The notes under the pieces are model-generated. The model did no database searches and was not told the origin of the DNA. It saw only the letters and a list, made by a program, of their open reading frames with translations. A stretch of DNA of 64,000 nt from Callorhinchus milii (Eukaryota): the NCBI RefSeq assembly GCF_018977255.1, contig NW_024704742.1:121584001-121648000 (forward strand), read 5' to 3'. This document shows, one piece after another, positions 24,001-35,576 of the stretch (its first letter is position 1; the number at the start of each line of letters is the position of its first letter). The translations under genes and the position numbers were made by a program.

Positions 24001-25221
24001 CTTCTAGTCTGAATCTCAAGTGCAGTACCAGGGAAAACATTGTATTGTCAAAGGTGCCATTCTTTGGATGAGACATTTAAAGGGTATAATCCATCTCCCT
24101 GAGCTTCGGCTGAGCATATCCAGATTTCATGAAAATATTTCAACAAGTTTACGAGAAGGTAGGATTTAAGGTGGGATTTAATAACAAATGGAGATGGAAG
24201 AAGTTCCAGGTTAGGGATGTGGAATCTGAAAGATTGGCTACTGGTGGTGCCGTGGAGAGGGAGGGGATGAGCAACAAGCCTGAGTTAACCGAGCAGGGGA
24301 GTGAGTTTGGAGATGAGAGATGAGGAGGTGCTCGGTCATTGAGGGATTTATATGTGAGAATGAAGACTTTGAAATTGATTTGCTGGAATCCAGTTGAGCC
24401 AGTTGAGGAATGGAGTGAGGTATTTGGAGTTGGTGTGGTGAGTATGTAGATGGCGGAGTTTGGAACTAGTAAGTGTTTGGATGGTGTAGCTGGGAGAAGT
24501 GGTAAGTAGTGTGTTTTAAATGATTGTAAAGTGCTTGACATTATTCTAGTCCTTTTGGTTTGTTTGTTTGTCTCAACGTGTGTGTGTGTGTGTGAAGCAG
24601 GCGTGTTTATTGATGTGATATGGTACACAGCTTTTATACATATGCCAAACTTCATGAACTCTCTGCTCCCATTGTTCCCACTTGGCAGCTCTCACGTTGC
24701 AGTATCTCTGTGGGTTTAAAATAATGACTTGAGTAGTCTCGTGAGTTTTTAACTGTCCTGTCCTACCACTTTACTTATCTTCTTTGAAGCATTCTTTGCA
24801 AACTTGTCACCATTTGTCCTACATTCTGAGAGACTGGTTGCTTAAACGCAAAATACATTTTCTGCATGATATTGGTATTTGACACCTGTATCTGTGACAC
24901 TGCTGTTTTTAAAACGTACCCGTTTTTTTGAGGGTCGGTGAATAGTTCGTTTGGGAATTTTTTTTAAAAAAGTAAGACAACTACCTTAGTGTCTGCTTAA
25001 AATCTGTGATGCATTAAATGTCATTCTACCTATACCATTTTTGTATCTTCCAACAACCTGGATCAAAATAATCAATTCCTCTTAAATTTCGTCTTAATAT
25101 CGTGCATTTACCTGGTTTGTTTTGTACCATTTCCAGTTTACCTACCACTGTGATGGGAAAACAAATGCATGGAATGTAAAGCCTCCAACCCTCTCCTGTC
25201 TGACAATTTCCTTGTATAATT

Positions 25222-26105
25222 AACAATAACAACAACAAGATTACATTTGAATAGCGCCTTTCATGTCGGGAAGACGTCCCAAGGCGCTGGACAGAGTACA
25301 GAATTTCAGACCCGAGCTGGGGTAAGGGAGGGGAAAGGGGGTGGCCGATGGCATGGTTGAAGAGGAGGGTCTTGAGGCGGGACTTGAAGGAGGCTAAGGA
25401 GGGGGTGAGGTGGAGTGACTGGGGGAGGGATTTCCAGAGGTTGGGGGCAGAATGGCTGAAGGCTCTCCTGCCAATGGTGGGGCAGGTGGGTTGGGGGATG
25501 TGGAGCAGGCCAGAGCCGGCTGAGCGGAGGGAGCGAGCGGATTGATAGGAGATTAGGAGGTCGCAGAGGTAGGGTGGGGTGAGGCCATGGAGGGCTTTGT
25601 ATGTGAGGACCAGCATCTTGAACTGGATCCTCTGAAGGATAGGGAGCCAGTGGAGTCGGATGAGAATGGGGGAGATGGGATCATGGAGTTTGGTGCGGGA
25701 GAGGACACGGGCTGCAGTGTTCTGGATTATCTGCAGCCTGTGGAGGGAGGAGTTGGGAAGGCCGACAAGCAGGGCATTTGTGTAGTCGAGCCTGGAGGTG
25801 ATGAAGGCATGAACAAAAGTTTCAGTGGCCTGAGGGATGAGGTAGTGGCGGAGTCGAGCGATGTTACGGAGGTGAGGGAAGGCAGAGCGGGTCATGGCTT
25901 GAATGTGGAGGAGAAAAGGCAGTTGAGGGTCGAACAAGACACCGAGGTCCCTGACTGGCTGGTGAGTTGTAGTGTGCAGCCATGGAGGTTGATGCTGCCA
26001 GAGCCTGAGATGCTGAGGCGCTGGTGCGAACCAATCAGGAGGGCCTCAGTCTTGTTCACATTCAACTGTAGCAAATTTGCCCTCATCCAGGACTTGATGT
26101 CCAAC
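25222..26105 (-). mobile_element. L2-clade LINE 3' fragment
   Basis: [54 protein letters not shown]; 3' stem-loop and (TTG)n tail. Confidence 0.93.
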
Positions 26106-26424
26106 TTAATTACCTAATTAAGTTAAAGAGGAGCAGTTTAGTGACTTCTGCAGGAATCTGCACTATTTCTCCTGCCCTTCAAATATCCCTGTACTGTTAC
26201 AGCAACTTGCACTTGCTTACTTCAGATTGGACACACTCACTTATAATAATAATAACAACAAAATGACATTCATATCAGGCCTTTCGGTGTGACTGTAGTG
26301 ATCAGCTAAAAAAGGTTGTAGTTTCATGAGATTTGAGGTTAGTTTCTCACTGCCCCATTCTTCAAAAATGAAGCATTAAAATGGAAGGTGATGGTTCAAT
26401 TTAGCAAAATTCACATTTGACAGT

Positions 26425-26825
26425 GTGTCAGCCTGGCTCAATGTTAGCACTCTTGCCTCTGAGTCAGAAGGTTGTAGGTTCAAGCCCCATGCCAGGGCTT
26501 AGAATCATATTGTCTAAACTGACACTCCAATACAGTGCTGGGTGTGTGTTACATTGTTGGAGATGCCGTCCTTCGAATGAGACTTTAAACCAAGGTCCCA
26601 TCTGCTCGTTCAGGTGGACATGAAAGATCCCATGGTACTATTTGAAATAAAATGGAGCTTCTCCCGGTGTCCTGGCCAATAATCTCCAAATAAAATTGGT
26701 CACTCACTTCATGGCTGTTTGTGGGACATTGTGTGCAAACTGGCTGGCATGTTTTTACAGTATAACCTGTGAAGTGCTTTGAGTCGATGTGAAAAGGCCC
26801 TATGTCAAATGCAAGAATTATTATT
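26425..26825 (+). mobile_element. Older Deu-domain-type SINE (further copies near 1992-2200, 5410-5725, 7400-7680, 34960-35250, 40952-41320, 57410-57790 on +; 9680-9920, 17230-17510, 39250-39475 on -)
   Basis: tRNA-like head gtcagcctggctca...gcctctgagtcagaaggttg, then ttggagatgccgtccttcgaatgagac...aggtcccatctgc...caggtggac...aaagatcccatgg...gtgtcctggccaa. I recognise this central block as the Deu domain (SacSINE1/AmnSINE1/SINE3 group). It has the same tail as the young SINE. Confidence 0.8.
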
Positions 26826-29800
26826 AAAATTGAGGGACAATATTTAAGGACAGCTGAATGCAAATGATCAAAATAATCCTGTTCTTGAGAATAACCCAGT
26901 ACTCCACTGCTAGAGGTACAAGGTGAAACAGGACTATAAGAGCACTAAGTTGTTTCTGGAGATCTCAGTGCTTTGATATCAAATCTACTTATCAATCTTT
27001 CAGAAACTTGTGTGTCAAAAGTAATCTGCAGCTTTCTGACTTTCTTTGTGATGTTCTTTGAATGTCAGGAGAACATGAATACCTGGGGACAGAATGTTGC
27101 TTACGTCTTATAGACTGCAATTTAGAGAGAATATTGCGATAATATTGTTGCTCAATACCGTACTTAAAACGTCAAGAGCAGGTGTTCAACTTGTAATGCT
27201 CATATAATGAGTAACTCCTAGCTTTAAATGATATGCACATTACAGTAATCAACTTGAGCAATAACGAACTGCCTCGTGTTTCATCTGATATGCTCCAGGT
27301 TACAGCAAGCCGAGTTTTATGTCAATTTATCGTTTTTGCATTTTAACAACAACTTGCATTTATGTAGCGCCCTTTGCGCCGGAGAGTGTCTCAGAGCGCT
27401 AAGAAACTTCACCAAAGATTCCTGGACGTTGAAATGCATTTTCTTAATTTATTCTGCTTTCTCTGCATTTTCTTCAACTGATCGCAAGGAAATTATTCTC
27501 TCAATCCTGCTCCACATATTTTCAAAAGATCATGCAGTTACGAAGAACAGAAATGTTTTTGCTGGCATAATGATAGTCTGGGATGGCAGAAAGCACATTG
27601 AGATGACTTTCCTTGTCAGTATTACTGAGCTGTACCATTTCCAGTAGGCTATGGTTAACTATAATCAATATACTGCTCATTTACACTATTTTACTAAAAC
27701 TCCAAATGTTGTAGGGAAAGCTAACTGGGCTGTTTGAAGTTGACAGTTGCACACTTGTGAAGAAATGAATGTTGTAAAAATGCAGTAATCTTCTGTATCC
27801 TAATAAAATGATTTCTTGTGTTGCTATACTGGCTAATACAACAAGGCATTTATGAAGTGAGCATTACAAATTGTACTCGTTTTCCCTTTGATGTGGCCAA
27901 AAAATGGTGTCCATTGCCAGCATCTCATTTGTGTGCAGTTCTTCTTGTCTCTAGCCCCAATCTAGAGTTTGTATTGTATTAAAATAGTTGTTCCTGTGAA
28001 TAATTACTTCATTTTGACTTCTGGGAGGCTGTGTAAAGTGGCTTTGATTGTCTTATCTGTTACGAGATGGCTCGAAGTGAAAATGTTCAAGTACAAGCGG
28101 ATTTGTGCCAGACATTTTTGTAGTATTGTGTATCTGCTTGTGGTACTGTAATGACTGATCTGATGTGGATTGGTTAATGCAGTAACTGAAAAGAATGACC
28201 TTTTTAATAGCACAAGAACGTGTGTTGAATAATAGCTGGAGGCGCTCTGTTTATGATCTTAATCTTTGATGTTGACGGAAGATGCATGTCAGGACTTGAT
28301 GGCTTGCTGCTGAGTAATTGTGCAAACTAATAATGCATCCACGTAAAGTTGGTGAGGGTAAGAGATAGGTACATATTTGTGTAGGATCCTAACTTGCTGC
28401 AGTACAGAATATAGACATGGCTTTTTCCAGACAAACAGTATTTGAACAGTGGTAATATGGAGAGTTGCAGGCTTGATAAGTGGTGGTGGGGGGGGGGTGA
28501 GGGGGGAAGATGCATTATATAAATCTGTGCAATTTGCCCCCTGTGGTAATAAAATGAAAAGCATGCAGGAATATGGAATAGTTTGACTTTGGGATGTAAG
28601 TTTCAGGATTTTCATCAAAAGGGATGAGAACCACATGACATCTCCATACAAAACCAGCTTATTGCATACTGAGTTGGTTCACTTTTTCTCACTCTCTGAA
28701 TCAGCTTTCAGGTACATTTTCTCATTCTGACACTTGGAACTTTGAAACAGAACTAATTTAATGGTGTTTTATTTCCTAAAATCAAATTAATCAGACTTCC
28801 CAGCAAGTATGAGTTGCGCTGAATGGCCCATTTCAGTGTCGTCTCATTCCATGCAATTCTATGTTACAAACCATTCTGTTTATTCTCGTATTGAACCCTC
28901 AGTGAACACCAGACATACACATTGCTTTGTGGTCGAATCCTGGTGTATCATGATTTGGAATAGTCAATCATGTCCCTTTTATGCACTGTCATCCAAATTA
29001 TTTTTAAATACTTTGTTAATAGTGAAGGCTGTTTCTTTTAAAAAGTCTTTTTTGCTGGTATTCAGGAATTCTATTCCACAGAATAAATTACTCCTCGGCC
29101 ACTTGTTTTTGTTACAAGTAACAAGAAAGGTCAACTGAAACCACAAGAAATCTAGGTGGGACGTAAACTGGTGACCAGTATGTTAATTCAACCCTGTCAT
29201 TTGCAGTTGTGGAGTTGGCAGCTCTTCAGTTAGCAAGTTGAACTGTTCTGAGAAGGAAGATTTAATGATAAATAATTATTCTGCTACAAGTGGTACATTA
29301 ATACCAGAAGACGTGGAATCAATCCTCATCCACACACTGGACCCGAGTAGTGATTTAGTAACTATGGTGATTAAAATCTGATTAATTTGATACCGCTGAG
29401 TTCTTGTACCTGGTTAAGTGCCAGCAGTTTCAATATTCCCAGTGTTTTTCTGCAACTGGTAGATTCCGTACTCGAAAACACACTGCTTACTATTGTAGTA
29501 AGCACACTTGTTTTTAACAGAACTTTTGTCTGAGATAATAATAATCATTGCATTTGATATGGCACCTTATGTCGTTGCGATGTCTCATACTGCTTTGCAG
29601 GATGTATTGTAAAATGGTTTTGACTGTATATTGTGAGCAGAACATAGCAGCCAGTTATTAGTGTAAAAGCAACATGGATCCTTAGTTTGCTTATTTTTCA
29701 AACAAGCTGAGTTGTCATTGATCTTGCATCATGGGTGTGTCCTCTGCAAATCTGCCTGAAAAAATGTACTGAATTACTTTACTATAGGAAATGGTGTTAT

Positions 29801-31604
29801 CAGTACATAATGCGTCACAGTGTGCACAATCAAACGCTACCCTTCAGTTGCATGTAGGTTACACACTAGATTGTATCTATTAGTTAGTTTTCTATTTTAT
29901 TAAAATTTTGATTTTCATATTGTAATTCTGCAATTGGAAACACTAAGTTCCACAATTTCCTGATTATATCAAATATTCTATTTCCCCCGACACCCCCCCT
30001 CCTCTGCTCCTTATATTGAGCTTAATTGGCTACTGGAACAGTTTTTAGCCATTCTATGCTCTAACCACTGAGCTACAGGACTCGCAATTGCTCATAGAAG
30101 AGAAATATTGTGGTTAGGACTACTAAGTGAATCTTAAAGTATAAAATAGCCAATTAAATAATATTTCAAACACGTTATCTGTTTTTAATACAGTGAATGT
30201 CTGATGTAAAGTGTAAAAGGCAGTGAAAATAAGGAAATGACACAAAATTAAAAGCACATTACTGGTTGGATTATTTTTCAAAATAATATTTGTTCATAGA
30301 TTTTTATTTTACATTGATCAGTGTCAATGATCATTGATATAAACTCAACAGAGCAGGTATGCAGTAATAGGCACTGTAATAGCTCATTTACAATACAAGA
30401 ACTCTGTTATTTTTAATCAAAACTTCAAAATTTTTGGCACAAATACATGGAACCCATTCCAGACAAATGGCAAGTTTCAGTTATGTCTGCCATGTAGATT
30501 GAGAGATGTTGTTTCTTCTACAGTAGATTGATAATTGTACCAGTCGGGTGAGGAAACGTTATTTTGTACATTGGGGTGTTGGATACTCTTAAGCAAAGTG
30601 ATGGGTTTCAAAGCCAAACTATTGAGAGTTCGATATATGTACAGAAATTTCCCTTTTGCTAAAACAGTGTGTACTCTCTTGGGGTTGCGATCTGCTCACA
30701 CAATTATGGAAATTATTAAGAAATTATTAGGTATTGGAAAGGGCAGGGCACAAGGCAATTTAAATTGATGGAATTGGTCATTTTGAATTCAAGGAGAGAT
30801 TACAGAAGAAATACAAAGATTATTGTAAGTTGGAAAGGTTAATATTGCAGAAGAGAATACTCAAGCGCTCCGGGACATTACCCGTGTGAAGGATGCTATA
30901 TAAATGCAAGTTGTTGTTGAGATCTTATTCCGGTAGTCATAATCCTTTAGAATGTGTTACCGTTTGTATAAATCTGATGTTGAGAAGTACTGAAGTACTG
31001 AAAATTGCACATTAATATTTATGAATATTGGAGACAGTTATAACTAATTATAATTTATCAGAATATTTATCTTATCTACCAGTGTATATTTGCCTCCTGG
31101 GAGTTCCATATAATAACTTAGTAACCTTGACAGAGCTTGAATTGCACAATTTTATTTTGAACCACATTGTTCATGTCGGTTTCTGGTTATGAAATCATGG
31201 GTGGTATCAAACATGAAAATTATATGAATATTACCTCTGAATCACCACTTGGACCACCCATGATCATTAATGCTGATAGGTAATCTCAAATGAGTGAACT
31301 TTGCTCACACTCTTTCTTCTACAGCCTCTCCTCCCCCCAAAAATGTGGGTGTGAAATATAGGAACATAATGAGGTTATTCAATCCACCAAACCTGTTGCA
31401 CTGGTTATTACTAAGACAAATATTATTCCTTGCATTTATTATAGTGCCTTTCACGTCTGAATGATGTCTTGAGTACTTCACAGGATTTACTGTGATGTAG
31501 ATGAGCAATTTTATCTGCCATATTATTTACCAGGACATCCTGACTTTATTAAACCTTTTAATCACAATGACCTGCCCTTTCACTATATCATATTTACATT
31601 ACAT

Positions 31605-32268
31605 ATCAGGTGGAGAAATGCAAAGTGATGCATTTTGGGAGCAAGAATGAGGAGAGGAATATAAAAAATGATAGTATAATTTTAAAGGGGGTGACGGAAC
31701 AGAGAAACCTGTGGGTTCATATAAGTAAATGTCTGAAGGTGGCAGGACAGGTAGATAAAGCTGTTAAGAAAGCATCTAAGGTACTAGGCTTTATAAATAG
31801 GGGCATAGAATACAAAAGTCAGGAAGTTATGATAAACTTTTATAAAACAGGAATGAGGGACTTCAGTTATCAGGAAAGGCAAGACAAGCTAGGATTATTC
31901 TCCTTGGAGCAGAGAAGGTTAAGAGAAGACTTAATAGACTTAATTATGAGGGGATTCAATACGGTGAACAAGGAGAAACTATTTCCACTGGCGGGTGGGT
32001 CGGTAACCCGAGGACACCGATTTAAAATAGTTGTTAAAAGAAACAGAAGGGAGGTGAGGAAAAATGTTTTCACACGGCGAGTTGTTTGGATCTGGAATGC
32101 ATTGCCTGAAAGGGTGGTGGAAGCCGATTCAATAACAACTTAAACGAAAAGTAGATATTTATTTGGGGGGGACAAGTTTGCAGTGCGAGAGAGTGGGGGA
32201 GTGGGATTGGTTTGGATAGGTCTTTTCAAAAAGCTGCACAGACACGATGGGCCAAATGGGCTCCTTCT
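31605..32268 (+). mobile_element. CR1 LINE 3' fragment with an internal deletion
   Basis: KCKVMHFG...GFINRGIEYKS...LGLFSLEQRRLR...RVVWIWNALP; lacks the QLEYCVQFW segment present in the related copy at 57885-58660. Confidence 0.9.
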
Positions 32269-32269
32269 G

Positions 32270-33300
32270 TGGGAACACTCAGCAGGTCAGACAGCATCTA
32301 AGGAGAAAGGAAAGTGAGTTTTGGGTCCGTGACCCTTCGTCAGAACTGGGGCATGTTGGAAGGGAGAGGCTTTTAAGGGGTAACAGAGAGGGGGAAGGCA
32401 GGGCAAGAAAGACAAAGGAGAAAATGGGGTAGAGGACAGGGGTATTAATGATGCAAAACAAAGAGAGGGATTGCAACAAAACAGGGGAATAGAGGTGTTA
32501 GTAATGCAAAACGGGGGGAGGGGTAATTGCAACAAAATAGGCAGACCAGAGAGAGAAGGTGTGTCTGGGACCCAGATGATGTAGTAATGGTCACAGAAGA
32601 GGGGGAGAGGGAAGGTGAGCTGTTATGGTCTGAAATTGTTGAAATCAATATTGAGTTCAAAGGGCTGTAAGGTCCCTGGCAAATAAATGAGGTGCTGCTC
32701 CTTGAGCTTGCGCTGTGGCTCATTGGAACAGCGTAGGAGATCATGGATGGAGAGGTTAGAATGCTAGTGGGAGGGAGAGTTGAAATGGCAAGAAACTGGA
32801 AGCTTGTCTTCAGTTGGGCTGAACGGAGGTGTTCGGCAAATCGGTCGTCCAATTTGCTTTTCGTCTCCCCAATGTAGAGGAGACCACATCGTGAGCAGCA
32901 AATGCAGTAAATTACATTGGTGATAGTACATGTAAATCATTGTCTCACTTGAAATCTGTGTTTGGAACCCTGGACAGTGATATGGGAGGAGGTGAAAGGG
33001 CAGGTATTGCATCTCCTGTGCTGGCACGAGAAGGTGCCGGGGGGAGGAGAGCAATTGGTGGTGATGGAGGAATGAACCAGAGAGTCATGGAGGGAACGGT
33101 CCCTTCAGAGTGCTGAGGGGAGGGAAAGATATGCTTAGTGGTTGGATTACGCTGGACGTGCCGGAAATGGCGGAGAATTATTTGTTGCATGTTGAGGCTG
33201 ATGGGGTGGAAGGTGAAGACTAGGACGACCCTATCACGGTTCTGGGAAGAGGGGGAAGGGGTGAGGGCAGAGTTGCGGGAAATAGGGCAGACACGGTCAT
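32270..33300 (-). mobile_element. Penelope-like retroelement fragment (GIY-YIG endonuclease region plus pseudo-LTR)
   Basis: The minus strand translates to NVIYCICCSRCGLLYIGETKSKLDDRFAEHLRS (GIY-YIG), preceded by QQIILRHFRHVQRNPTTKHIFPSP; stops and frameshifts are present. The terminal part reads ctgacgaagggtcacggaccc...gatgctgtctgacctgctgag. Confidence 0.9.
32310..32348 (-). ncRNA. Degenerate minimal hammerhead ribozyme in the Penelope pseudo-LTR
   Basis: CUGACGA-A-GGGUC(ACG)GACCC-AAAAC: the first core box and a perfect 5-bp stem II are intact, but GAAA reads AAAA. Confidence 0.65.
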
Positions 33301-33689
33301 GGGCAGCTACAACTTTCTGGGGCAGAGCATTCCATATCTTTAGGGGTATATTTATTGAGTTTGATATGTATTGAGTTTGGTATGCATAAGTTCATCCTAA
33401 AGAATAGATCATTTTATTTACCGAAAGTTTTGTTTGATAATGAGACTTGTTGTGATGATCATACAATGCTAGTTTTGTGTTCCAATCCCACCAGCCTCCT
33501 TTTCAATACTTACTGGTGTCGGCATTTGAAGAACCTGTTTGACAGGAATGTTCAGTAACTATTGAGATAAAGGTGCATTTCTGTTCCCATTTGTATCTTA
33601 TTTCAAATTATACAGGCTTATACTTGGTTTCCTTGGGGGGGTGGGGGGTGCGTTGTTTCCTTGGAGCTGATCTGCCTCCAGCTGATTGT

Positions 33690-34195
33690 TGGAATTGAGT
33701 CAATCCCCTTTGGCGATCTCGGTCGTCCAGTTTCTGTGGGGTGGATCTACAGCCCCCCAGGGCACTGCTGATAATTAACCAGCCAGCCTGGTTCATCAGC
33801 AGGACACTGAGGGTAGTGACTCACCCTGCTTTTATTAACCCTGTAGGAACAAAAACCTAATTATGTGGGTGAACCTAGCTGGACAAGCAGTGGGAAGCTT
33901 GACAAATAATGCTTGCAATGGCAAGCAACGTGGTTTAGCTTCTTTAAACTCCAGTAATACCTCATTGCATGCGCTGGAGTGCCCAAACCTTAGCTCTTGT
34001 CTGCCTATGCGTAATACTCTCTTGAATGCGGTTAAGTAGGGAGTGTACCTCCAGAGAGAATGTGCATTCCATTCTTGACATGAGGAAATTTCAAATGTAA
34101 GTAGCATATGTGGGAACATTGTCTAGTTTGGTTACTCTTAAGCATGGTTATGGGCTTCCGCATGTGTTGGACACTCAGCTGACCAAAAAGCTGCA
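33690..34195. repeat. Unclassified old interspersed repeat (other copies in opposite orientation at 4795-5250, 11440-11625, 17505-17720 plus 18312-18445)
   Basis: Shared blocks caagcttcccac..ttgtccagct, gagccaggctggctg, cagtgccctgg and aagcatggt(t/g)atggg(c/t)ttccg. Confidence 0.75.
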
Positions 34196-35512
34196 ATGGT
34201 TCGGATCCATAAACTTATAAATGCAAAAAAGCTGTCTTACAGTCATTGGGTTGCTACTGATGTCACTTCCTTTGCAAAATAACAGCAGTGATGTTTCCTG
34301 CTCGTAGTGTACACCTGAGCATGAAGTTTGTATACACAATAAGTGATTTTCATTGGCGAGTTGACAAGCTGGAGAGCAAGCATGTTTTAATTTGGGAATT
34401 GGCTGGTTAGTGCCAAAATCCTGCCGTCACCTTTTCAGTATAGAATATTAAATAATATGTGTGCCCAGGCTAAACCAGGGTGGTATTGCCCACAATGTAT
34501 TGCCCACAATGTGATCTGGTCTCTTGACTGTAATTGTGGAATGATGGGTCATGGAAACAGGCATTTTGGCCCAAATAGTCCAACTAATTGAATGCCTCCC
34601 TTCCTCGTCTCCCGCGCCCCCCCAACCCCCCTTCCCCTCCCCCCCCTCCCTGAACATCTTGTAAACTGAGTTTATAATCTGGAGTAATTTGCAAACTGGA
34701 CTGAACATTTTGAATCTGTTGTATAATTCTCATTCGTACGATTGTGATCTTGCAGCAGATCAAATGAAAGTGTTCTGTTTATGAAAATAAAATATTTATA
34801 GGATCTTTCAGTTTGGGGTTTAAATCTGAGGTGAAGGAGAGAATTTACAATCTATTATAAGCAATGGAAATATCAGAATAAACTAAACTGTCCGCATGGT
34901 GACTTAGATAACTTGAATTTAAGGATTCTGAAAAATAAAATGGAGTTTGTAACTGTTGGGTGTTAACCTGGCTCAATTGGTAGCAACAGTTTAACACTCT
35001 TACCTTTGAGTCTGAAGGTTGTGGGCGGAAGCCCCATGTCAGTACTTGGAGCTCATAGTCTATGATGCATTGCACTTCAGTGCAATGTTGGGAAGCATTG
35101 CACTGTCAGAAGATGTCCTACCCATTCAGGGGGATGTTAAAGATCCAATAACAATATTTGGAAAGAGAAGGTTGTTTGTTCTGTTGCCCTGGCCAACAAT
35201 TCTTTCCCCACACATGACCACCTCACTTCATGGTGAAAAGCTGATATAAGCAGTGCATTTGAGAGACTAACATCAAAAGGACTGATAGAGAATATCTTCA
35301 TTGTGTATGATATTAAAATGTACGACTAATCATTATTTGCGCTAAATGAAAAGTGATGTTCGAAAAAGACATTGTTACTGATCGAAAGAAGCATCGAATA
35401 TTTCTTTGTTTTCAGATTGAAGATTTGTGTTTTTTTATTGCTGTAATCATTGTAACATTTGAATTTATTTTGCAGCATTGAAACCTTGGATAAACATTGC
35501 ACATCTCTGAAA

Positions 35513-35576
35513 ATGTCTTTCAAAGATCTGACATCTAGAGCAGTACGGTTTTATGATGAATGGCTCAAAGATGCTG
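35513..35576 (+). CDS. ELOVL7: ELOVL7 first coding exon ([21 protein letters not shown]); the exon probably starts at acceptor 35476
   Basis: ttgcag acceptor ends at 35475, ATG at 35513, G|gtaggt donor. Confidence 0.93.

Noticed and set aside
25026..25937. 303-aa minus-strand ORF
   Set aside because: C-terminal remnant of L2 ORF2 running into flanking DNA; not a host gene.
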